From a bacterium (lineage in GTDB: Bacteria > Myxococcota_A > UBA9160 > SZUA-336), in NCBI GenBank assembly GCA_024226335.1, contig JAAELY010000105.1, positions 129 to 64,128 of the forward strand: DNA of 64,000 bases, written 5' to 3'. The position numbers and the translations under genes are program-made. Numbering within the stretch: position 1 is the first letter of the stretch; every line of letters begins with the position of its first letter. The notes beneath the pieces were generated by a model. The model worked only from the letters and a program-made list of their open reading frames with translations, was not told where the DNA came from and did not search any database. This document shows, in pieces, positions 57,311-64,000 of this stretch.

Positions 57311-58612
57311 CTATTCCGCTTCCTCGCGCGAACGCATCTCGAGTCCGATCACCGCGGCGGTAAATCCGTCGCTGCCGTTACTCAGACGAGGGTCTCCGCT
57401 CAGTGCGTCGTAGAACTCGTGAAAGCCCTGTGCGAGGGCCAGGTCCTCGATCTGTTCGCGTGCGGTGCGCGCGTCGCTGGTCCGATCGGCTCGCAAGAGC
57501 GCCAGGTGTGCCCAGCCGTGAGAAAGCGGAGAAATCGCATTGCCGCGCCACGGGATCTCGCTGGCGGCTGCATCGGCGTCGTCGCTGTCGCTCGCGATCG
57601 GGTTGTACGAGATGCCGTGCTTGCCCCAGAGAGGCGAAGCGCTCGGTCTCAGGTAGCGCCCCATCGCGCGCCGTGCGCTGCCCTCCTGTTGCAGGAGCCT
57701 GGAGGCCATCGGAATCAGGCCACCGGCGGTAACGACACGCAGACCGGTGTCGCGCTGGCGATCGAACCCGCTGTAGATCTCTTCCTGATCCCACCACAGT
57801 CGGTTGGCAATTCCGTTGGCGATCATCTCGCTGCGAATGCGCATCTTCTGTTCGGTCGCGCCATCTCCCAGCTTCTTCCACGCCAGTGACGCCTCTTCGA
57901 GCGCGATCAGAAGCCAGCCGCAGAAGGTCGGGTCCTCGACCACGAACGGATGACCTGCGCGCAGTGCGCGCTCGGGATCGAGCTGACACGCGATGGCCGA
58001 TCGCACGAGGTTCACCGCTTCATCGCGCCACTCTTCGAGGTCTTCCGCTTCGATCATCGAGTCGAACAACGGACTACCCGGAGCGCCGGACTCCAGGGGG
58101 TGCAAGATGACGGGCAGAGGTGTGTCGGGCGGGAGTCGCTCGCCCCAGATGGAGTCGAGGTGTCGCGTAGCGCACTCGAGCAGGTCGCGTGCCTGTTCGC
58201 CGCACTGCAGGGCGAACTGAGCGGCCACGAAGGCGGCGACCGGTGGACCGACCAGGGCAGAGCGCTCGTCATCGTAGATCGGGCCCAACTGGGCAATGCG
58301 CGCCTCGCGATCGTCATCGCTGCAAGCGCGCTCCAGTGCCAGTCGGCCATCGTCGTGCTGGCAGGCGGCATACAACGCGCGCAGTTCGTTCAGCGCGAGG
58401 TCGCGGTCCAGATGGAACAGCGCGAGCGCGTGGTGTGCACTCGCGTACGACGAGAGCAGCATCTGCGGCTCGGTGGATGCCAGATGGAAGCTCACACCGA
58501 AGGCTTCGGTGCGACGACGCTCCAGGAGCGTGCGGCATCGGCTCTCGAACTCCAAGGATTCCCCTTCCATTTCCAGCTCGAAAATTTCAACAGGCCGCCG
58601 CTGCGATGGCAC
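57311..58612 (-). CDS. (alpha/alpha)6-barrel glycoside hydrolase-like protein (GH63/GDE_C-like; glucosyl-/mannosylglycerate-hydrolase-type)
   Basis: A 433-aa acidic protein. The family call rests on length plus a WWDQEEIYSGFD block and aromatic/acidic spacing recalled from six-hairpin hydrolases. The start is GTG at 58612 or ATG at 58570. Confidence 0.45.
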   Translation of the reverse strand: MPSQRRPVEIFELEMEGESLEFESRCRTLLERRRTEAFGVSFHLASTEPQMLLSSYASAHHALALFHLDRDLALNELRALYAACQHDDGRLALERACSDDDREARIAQLGPIYDDERSALVGPPVAAFVAAQFALQCGEQARDLLECATRHLDSIWGERLPPDTPLPVILHPLESGAPGSPLFDSMIEAEDLEEWRDEAVNLVRSAIACQLDPERALRAGHPFVVEDPTFCGWLLIALEEASLAWKKLGDGATEQKMRIRSEMIANGIANRLWWDQEEIYSGFDRQRDTGLRVVTAGGLIPMASRLLQQEGSARRAMGRYLRPSASPLWGKHGISYNPIASDSDDADAAASEIPWRGNAISPLSHGWAHLALLRADRTSDARTAREQIEDLALAQGFHEFYDALSGDPRLSNGSDGFTAAVIGLEMRSREEAE

Positions 58613-58717
58613 GTCTCCGCGCTCTTACGGCGCGACCTGGTGGGATTTCCGGGCGCAGACACTCCGACTGGCAGAACGCCGCCGGAAAACAGTTTCGGAC
58701 GTTTTGGTCCGGGATGC

Positions 58718-58795
58718 AGGTAATAGAAAACCCCGAGGGTGCTGCAACCGTCGGTGCGGTCGCCCGCTCAGTGACGGAGCGGAGCCTCGGGGTTC
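58718..58795 (-). terminator. GC-rich nested hairpin followed by a U-tract on the minus strand (attenuator-type intrinsic terminator candidate)
   Basis: Plus-strand AACCCCGAGG (58729-58738) pairs with CCTCGGGGTT (58785-58794). Inner stems are CCGTC/GACGG and GCGG/CCGC. On the minus strand the hairpin is followed by TTTTCTATT (58726-58718). It lies about 110-150 nt upstream of the glycoside hydrolase start. Confidence 0.35.
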
Positions 58796-58844
58796 GGTGG
58801 TGCCTGGGCATCCAGGCTGTCCCACCTTTGGGATTCATGCGGAC

Positions 58845-58886
58845 CTAGATGGTCACCACCTCTGTCACTGTGTTCGATAAATTCAC
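58845..58886 (-). promoter_or_regulatory. candidate leader peptide (13 aa, VNLSNTVTEVVTI), Thr/Val/Ile-rich, with a strong SD
   Basis: Minus strand AGGAGGTG, then 7 nt, then GTG AAT TTA TCG AAC ACA GTG ACA GAG GTG GTG ACC ATC TAG. Seven of the last nine residues are Thr/Val/Ile. It sits 50 nt upstream of the terminator-like hairpin. Confidence 0.2.
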
Positions 58887-59077
58887 GTTCTGACCACCTC
58901 CTTCCGCGGCGTATTCGACAGCGCGGGACCCAGATCCCGCTCCGGACTCCGCCCGCCCGATCGACGGAAGTTCCGGACCGATGCCCCACGTGAGGCGGAA
59001 TGCACCGGTATACCTATACCGAGGGTATCGGTCGTCGATGGGCGGAGCAAGCGCCAATATCGAGCTATCCTACGGCG

Positions 59078-59794
59078 GTGGAAGCGCTCCTGACGCCCTC
59101 GATTCTCTTCGTCGCCGCTGTCGTACAGGGATTTCTGGGTTTTGGCTTCGGGATCATCGCCATGAGCGGCCTCAGTCTCACCGTAGGCGTCTGGTTTGCG
59201 GCCGGCGTGGTCAATCTGGCGGGTTTCGTCCAGACCTCGAGTGGCGCATGGGCGCTGCGGGATCACATTCGCTGGCCTCTGGTCCGCCGGGTCCTGATGG
59301 GTACGGTTTTCGGTGTGGCCACCGGACTGTGGCTGTTCCAACAGCTCGATCTGCGCCTGTTGCAGCGTCTGCTCGGCGTGGTGATCGTGGCCATAGCGGG
59401 CTGGAATCTGTCGCCGTGGCGTCCGAAACCCGCCGAATCGCCGCAATGGGACATACCGGCGGGAGCCATGTCGGGTTTGCTCAACGGCCTGTTCAACACC
59501 GGCGGGCCCCCGCTGGTCGCACACATCTACCGCTATCCCGGTTCGCCCGAATCGCTGAAGGCGACGCTGTACGTCCTTCTACTGTGTACGGTATCGATTC
59601 GCATACCCGGAGCCTGGTCACAGGGCATGTTTCCGTCGGAAGTCTGGCGAGCAGCGGCGCTATCGGTCGTGCCTGTTCTAGTCGGTTCACTTCTGGGCAT
59701 TGCACTTGCCCGTCGCATTGATCCGATGCGCTTTCGTCGCCTGAGCTGGGTGGCGCTCGGCGGGTTGGGCTTCTGGATCGCCTACGTGAGCTGA
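59078..59794 (+). CDS. TauE/SafE family anion (sulfite/sulfonate) exporter
   Basis: Seven to eight TM helices with a Gly-rich N-terminal helix (AAVVQGFLGFGFGIIAM) and a repeat of it in the second half (GLLNGLFNTGGPPL). GTG at 59078; the ATG at 59000 would add a non-membrane leader. Confidence 0.7.
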   Translation: MEALLTPSILFVAAVVQGFLGFGFGIIAMSGLSLTVGVWFAAGVVNLAGFVQTSSGAWALRDHIRWPLVRRVLMGTVFGVATGLWLFQQLDLRLLQRLLGVVIVAIAGWNLSPWRPKPAESPQWDIPAGAMSGLLNGLFNTGGPPLVAHIYRYPGSPESLKATLYVLLLCTVSIRIPGAWSQGMFPSEVWRAAALSVVPVLVGSLLGIALARRIDPMRFRRLSWVALGGLGFWIAYVS

Positions 59795-59819
59795 GCGTCG
59801 ATCCTGCTACGTTGTAGTC

Positions 59820-61910
59820 ATGGAGAGCCGCTGGAACCAGACCGAAGCCGATGAATTTGTTGACCGGTTTTCTGCCGCGAGGAAGCTAGTCGCGCTGCGC
59901 GCCTACACCTCTCGTCTGATCGGTGCCGAGCCGGATCTCGTATTACACGGCGGTGGCAATACATCGGTCAAGGCGCGCGCACACGACCTGTTTGGCGACG
60001 AGATCGATGTACTGCACATCAAGGGCAGTGGTTGGGATCTGGGCGAAATCGAGCCCGCGGGACTGCCCGCCGTACAACTCGCGCCTCTCCTGGAACTTCG
60101 CCGTCTCGAAGAACTCTCCGATGAAGACATGGTCGCGCAGGTGCGCGCGAATCTCCTCGATCCGAGCGCGCCGAATCCCAGCGTCGAGACGCTCCTCCAC
60201 GCATTTCTGCCGCATCGCTTCATCGATCACACTCACGCCGACGCAATCCTCGCGCTCACGAACCAGCCGGATGGCGAGACGCGAGTGCGCGCACTCTACG
60301 GGGACCGCATCGCCTGGGTTCCCTACGTGATGCCGGGTTTCGAACTCGCAATCCTCGCCGCGGAGATCTACGAGAAGCAGCCCGACATCGAGGGCCTGGT
60401 GCTCGAGAAGCACGGTCTGTTCACGTTTGGCGATGACGCCCGCACCAGTTACGAGCGCCACGTCGAACTCGTGGAACTGGCCGAGGCCATGATTCGGACG
60501 CAGATCGAGGGTCGTCGGATGCTCGACGCGCGCCCGGTCATGGCGATGCGCGACGTCGGCGAAGTGGCGCACGTATTGCGCGGCGCACTCGCGGAGCCCA
60601 GTGGCAATCCCGATCAACCCTGGAAGCGCTGGGTGGTCGAGCACCGATCGTCCGATGAAATCCTGCACCTCGCGGCTTCCGAGATTGCTCCATATCTGGC
60701 CACCGCGGCTCCGATCACGCCCGATCACGTGATTCGAACGAAGAGCGCCTATCTGTTCGTGGACCGGCCTCCTTATGCGAACCTCGACGCACTCGCCGAG
60801 CGCCTCGTACAGGAGATCGCCGCCTATCGCGAGGAATACCGCGAGTACTTCGAGCGCAACGTCGCAGCCAAGGGCGTCGAGCGCAGACCACTCGATTCCA
60901 CGCCTCGCGTGGTGATCCTGCCCGGCCTCGGGCTTTTCGCAATCGGGGAAACTCGCAAAGCGGCCAGGATCGCTGCCGATATCGCCGAGCACACCGTGCG
61001 CACGCGCATCTGGGCGGCGAGTATCGGCCACTACGAAGGTCTGTCCGAAGGCGATCTGTTCGACATGGAGTACTGGAGTCTGGAACAGGCGAAGCTGGGC
61101 AATCGCAAGACGCTGCCCCTGGGCGGGCAGGTGGCGCTGGTGACCGGCGGCGCTGGGGCCATCGGCGAGGGCATTGCGCGCAAGCTGCTCGATGCGGGGG
61201 CGAATGTGGTGCTCGTGGATCTGAATGCCGACGGGCTCGAGGCGGTTGCAGCCCGGCTCGACTCCGATGCACTCGAGACCGTTCAGGCCGACGTCACTGA
61301 TGAGGTCGATATGCGTGACGCGTTCCGCGCCGCGACGGAGCTCTTCGGCGGCGTCGATATCGCGGTGGTCAACGCGGGCGTGGCTCAGGTCGGCGCACTC
61401 GATCAACTGGAACTCCGCGACTTCGAACGCGCGGTCGGCGTCAATCTGAACGGCGCGTTCCTCACCTTGCGCGAAGCCATCGCGCACCTCAAGCGCCAGG
61501 GTACCGGCGGCAATATCGTGATGATCTCGACCAAGAACGTGTTTGCGCCGGGTGCGGAGTTCGGCGCGTACAGCGCGAGCAAGGCGGGCGGACATCAACT
61601 CGGACGAGTCGCGGCGCTCGAAGGCGCCGATGCGCAGATCCGCGTCAATATGGTCAACGCCGATGCGGTGTTTGGCGAAGGCGACAATCCGTCCGGTCTC
61701 TGGCAGACCGTGGGCCCGGGTCGCGCCGCGGCGCGAGGGCTGGAACCTTCCGAACTCGAAGACTTCTATCGCAATCGCAACCTGCTCAAGGCGCGCGTTA
61801 CGGCCGAGCACGTTGGACAGGCTGTCGTATTCTTCGCGACGCAGCAGACACCCACGACCGGAGCGGTACTTCCCGTCGATGGGGGTCTGCCCGACGCGTT
61901 CCCCCGCTAA
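59820..61910 (+). CDS. bifunctional class-II aldolase (rhamnulose-1-phosphate aldolase-like) / short-chain dehydrogenase
   Basis: The N-terminal ~430 aa form an aldolase_II fold. The C-terminal ~250 aa are an SDR with VALVTGGAGAIGEGIA and a YSASKAG active site. This fusion architecture is known for RhaD-SDR (RhaEW-type) enzymes. Confidence 0.85.
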   Translation: MESRWNQTEADEFVDRFSAARKLVALRAYTSRLIGAEPDLVLHGGGNTSVKARAHDLFGDEIDVLHIKGSGWDLGEIEPAGLPAVQLAPLLELRRLEELSDEDMVAQVRANLLDPSAPNPSVETLLHAFLPHRFIDHTHADAILALTNQPDGETRVRALYGDRIAWVPYVMPGFELAILAAEIYEKQPDIEGLVLEKHGLFTFGDDARTSYERHVELVELAEAMIRTQIEGRRMLDARPVMAMRDVGEVAHVLRGALAEPSGNPDQPWKRWVVEHRSSDEILHLAASEIAPYLATAAPITPDHVIRTKSAYLFVDRPPYANLDALAERLVQEIAAYREEYREYFERNVAAKGVERRPLDSTPRVVILPGLGLFAIGETRKAARIAADIAEHTVRTRIWAASIGHYEGLSEGDLFDMEYWSLEQAKLGNRKTLPLGGQVALVTGGAGAIGEGIARKLLDAGANVVLVDLNADGLEAVAARLDSDALETVQADVTDEVDMRDAFRAATELFGGVDIAVVNAGVAQVGALDQLELRDFERAVGVNLNGAFLTLREAIAHLKRQGTGGNIVMISTKNVFAPGAEFGAYSASKAGGHQLGRVAALEGADAQIRVNMVNADAVFGEGDNPSGLWQTVGPGRAAARGLEPSELEDFYRNRNLLKARVTAEHVGQAVVFFATQQTPTTGAVLPVDGGLPDAFPR

Positions 61911-61952
61911 CGAATCGAGATCACCCCATCCCCCCCGGATGGAGCCGTCAGC

Positions 61953-63269
61953 GTGTTGAACGGGATCTTCGTGTTTCTCGTCGCGGGCGCCGTGCTCTTC
62001 GCGGCCTGGCAGGGCAATACACATCTGCTCAACGAGGCCTGGCCGGAGTCAGCCAAGGCCGCGGTGAACATCTCCATCGGATTGATCGGGGCGATGGCCC
62101 TGTGGCTGGGCTTCATGCGCATCCTGCGCGATGCCGGACTGATGGCGTCGCTCGCGCGCGCTCTCGCACCGGTCATGCGCCGCCTGTTCCCAGAGATACC
62201 CGACGGTCATCCCGCTCTCAGCGCAATGATCATGAACATCACCGCCAATATGCTGGGCCTGGGCAACGCGGCCACGCCTTTCGGGTTGAAGGCGATGCAG
62301 GAACTCGACCGCCTGAATCCGATCAAGGGAGTCTCGACCAACTCCATGGCACTGTTTCTGGCGATGAACACCTCTGGCGTGGCGGTACTTCCGCTGGGCG
62401 TGATCGCGATCCGAGCGTCCATGGAGTCGAACAACGCCGGCGGCATCTTCTTTCCGTCACTCCTGGCCACGATCTGTTCGACGATCACGGCCGTCCTCGT
62501 GGCCAAGATGCTCGAGAAGCGCAAGGCGTTCGCGATGGAGAACTACGCGAATACAGAGCCCGAACCCGAGCAGGAAGCTTCTCTCTCCGATGGCATCAAG
62601 GGAATGGATGAAGCCGAGGAGATCGCCTCGATGCGCGTTCCCTTTGACCCCATTCGCTCGCTGGTCAGCGGGGCGATCGGCGCAGCACTTCTGCTCTTCC
62701 TCGCCCGCTTCGTCTGGAATCTGCCCGACCTGAGCTTCCTCGATACTTTCAAGACGGTGATCGACGCCTGGCTCCTGCCGCTCTTGATGGCGTCGATCGT
62801 GTTGTTGGGTTTCTGCAAACGCGTAAAAGTGTACGAGTCCTTCATCGCGGGCGCGCGGGAAGGTTTCGACATCGCGGTCATGATCATTCCGTTCCTGGTC
62901 GCGATTCTCGTCGCGGTGGGTCTGTTTCGCGCATCCGGTGGCCTCGACACCCTGACCGCCTGGGTTGCACCGATGACCTCGCTGATCGGTTTTCCCGCAG
63001 AAGCCCTGCCAATGGCGCTGATCCGTCCGCTCTCGGGTAGTGGGGCGATGGGGATCATGACGGAGACCATGAGTATTCACGGTCCCGACTCGTTTGTGGG
63101 CTTTCTGGTCTCGGTGATGAACGGCAGCACCGAGACGACCTTCTACGTGGTCGCGCTGTACTTCGGGAGCGTGCGAGTGCGCGCTGCACGGCACACGGTT
63201 GCAGCATGCCTGGCTGCAGACGGGGTCGGGATTGGCGCGGCCTTGTTCTGGTCGCGCCTCTTCTTCTGA
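61953..63269 (+). CDS. nucleoside-recognition (Gate) domain membrane protein, SpmA/SpmB-like fusion
   Basis: Two homologous membrane halves, each with the FeoB/NupC-type 'Gate' signature (NITANMLGLGNAATPFGL…; ALIRPLSGSGAMGIMTE). Confidence 0.7.
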   Translation: MLNGIFVFLVAGAVLFAAWQGNTHLLNEAWPESAKAAVNISIGLIGAMALWLGFMRILRDAGLMASLARALAPVMRRLFPEIPDGHPALSAMIMNITANMLGLGNAATPFGLKAMQELDRLNPIKGVSTNSMALFLAMNTSGVAVLPLGVIAIRASMESNNAGGIFFPSLLATICSTITAVLVAKMLEKRKAFAMENYANTEPEPEQEASLSDGIKGMDEAEEIASMRVPFDPIRSLVSGAIGAALLLFLARFVWNLPDLSFLDTFKTVIDAWLLPLLMASIVLLGFCKRVKVYESFIAGAREGFDIAVMIIPFLVAILVAVGLFRASGGLDTLTAWVAPMTSLIGFPAEALPMALIRPLSGSGAMGIMTETMSIHGPDSFVGFLVSVMNGSTETTFYVVALYFGSVRVRAARHTVAACLAADGVGIGAALFWSRLFF

Positions 63270-63427
63270 CCACAACCGAACAGTTGCGGGAAAAGGCCGG
63301 ACCGCGTCCCCGTGAACGGCTATCATGCACAAGCGAGCGAGGCGCACTCAACGCGTTCGTCGGCTCGAGTTTTCCAAACGAAGCCAAGCCCTGGAATGGG
63401 CGTTGGCCACGCGCTAGAGAGTCCGCC

Positions 63428-63979
63428 GTGCGCAACCCCAGCACTCCTCACACACTCGCGATTGCAGCCCTGATCGGGCTCGGTCTCACTTGGCCGTTCC
63501 AAGTGGGTGCGGTTGCCTACATTCGCGACGAGATCCGCGTGAATATGCGCGCGGGTCCAGGCCTGGAGTTCAAGATCACCGAGCTTCTGACCTCGGGTGC
63601 CGAAGTAGCGAAACTCGGCGAGGAAGAGAAGTGGACGCGCGTGCGCTCGCCTCGAGGCAAAGAAGGCTGGGTGCCGAAGGGCTACGTGACCGGCGATCCG
63701 CCCGCGAGCGTCACTTTGCCGGTCGTGCAGGCGAAGCTCACCAAGATCACCGCGCAAGCGGAGGAGTTCGAGAAGAAGCTCGCGGAGCAGGCCAGCATCC
63801 TCCAGGAAATGGATGAGTTGCGCGAGAAGAACGCCTCGCTCGAGATCGAGGTCAACGAGCTCACCTGGTCCAGTGCCTGGAAGAGTCTGGCGACCGGCGC
63901 GCTGATCATCGTCTTCGGCATGATGGTCGGGCTTCTGATCCCGCGCGGATCCGGTACGCGCAATCGGCTCAAGCTGTGA
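63428..63979 (+). CDS. bacterial SH3-domain protein with coiled coil and C-terminal TM anchor (YgiM/TIGR04211-like)
   Basis: Signal/TM segment (LAIAALIGLGL), an SH3b block (YIRDEIRVNMRAGPGLEFKITELLTSGAEVAKLGEEEKWTRVRSPRGKEGWVPKGYV), a coiled coil, and a C-terminal TM (ALIIVFGMMVGLLI). GTG at 63428 is chosen over the longer ORF from 63206. Confidence 0.6.
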   Translation: MRNPSTPHTLAIAALIGLGLTWPFQVGAVAYIRDEIRVNMRAGPGLEFKITELLTSGAEVAKLGEEEKWTRVRSPRGKEGWVPKGYVTGDPPASVTLPVVQAKLTKITAQAEEFEKKLAEQASILQEMDELREKNASLEIEVNELTWSSAWKSLATGALIIVFGMMVGLLIPRGSGTRNRLKL

Positions 63980-64000
63980 CGCGTGAGCGACGAGAGCTGG

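Noticed and set aside
59943-62024. 693-aa minus-strand ORF antisense to the aldolase/SDR fusion gene
   Set aside because: It mirrors the plus-strand gene almost end to end. The plus-strand product has unmistakable SDR and aldolase motifs, and the antisense product has none.
1-64000. Scan for CRISPR arrays, rRNA genes, IS elements and transposases
   Set aside because: No regularly spaced repeat-spacer structure, no rRNA-like conserved stretch and no DDE or tyrosine/serine recombinase motif were seen in any frame.

Overview
This window is a high-GC (roughly 60-65 % by eye) bacterial chromosomal segment, densely packed with about 55 protein-coding genes on both strands, plus one tRNA and one ABC-ATPase gene broken by an in-frame stop. 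No rRNA, CRISPR array, transposase or integrase was recognised. Most of the content is ordinary metabolism and transport: glutaryl-CoA dehydrogenase, two enoyl-CoA hydratases, a fumarylacetoacetate-hydrolase-family enzyme, two glutathione S-transferases, two glyoxalase-like proteins, carboxylesterases, short-chain dehydrogenases, a very large NAD-glutamate dehydrogenase, a class IV (branched-chain) aminotransferase, an IclR regulator, and transporters of the SSS, MFS, RND/MMPL, Na+/H+ antiporter, MscS and TauE families. Several neighbourhoods deserve a second look. (1) At 46.3-48.4 kb, a single 658-aa ABC-type ATPase of the OLD family, with a possible C-terminal Toprim-like region, sits directly next to a tRNA-Ser(CGA). 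It is a candidate single-gene defence or abortive-infection module of the class-1 OLD or fused PARIS type. (2) A GT-C membrane glycosyltransferase of the TMTC/PMT type with C-terminal TPR repeats is start/stop-overlapped with gcdH and followed by a B12-binding radical-SAM enzyme, a SAM methyltransferase and a TolB-like beta-propeller. About 7 kb away lie a polyprenol-phosphate-sugar synthase (GT2), a large secreted protein with a thrombospondin-type-3-like and a dockerin-like repeat motif, and a sugar epimerase. Together these suggest a candidate polyprenol-phosphate-dependent protein or lipid glycosylation and methylation system. (3) A four-gene run on the minus strand encodes a MerR-type helix-turn-helix/TPR protein, a HEAT-like protein, an HD-GYP phosphodiesterase (start overlapping the upstream stop in an ATGA) and an SSS transporter. 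(4) A formyltransferase is start/stop-overlapped with a Cys-rich protein that may bind an Fe-S cluster. (5) A leader-peptide-plus-terminator (attenuator-like) element lies upstream of a glycoside-hydrolase/methyltransferase/IclR/ilvE gene string. (6) A standalone class III adenylyl-cyclase domain is separated from its presumed membrane anchor as two adjacent ORFs. All functional assignments rest on motifs read from the translations. No database search could be run.
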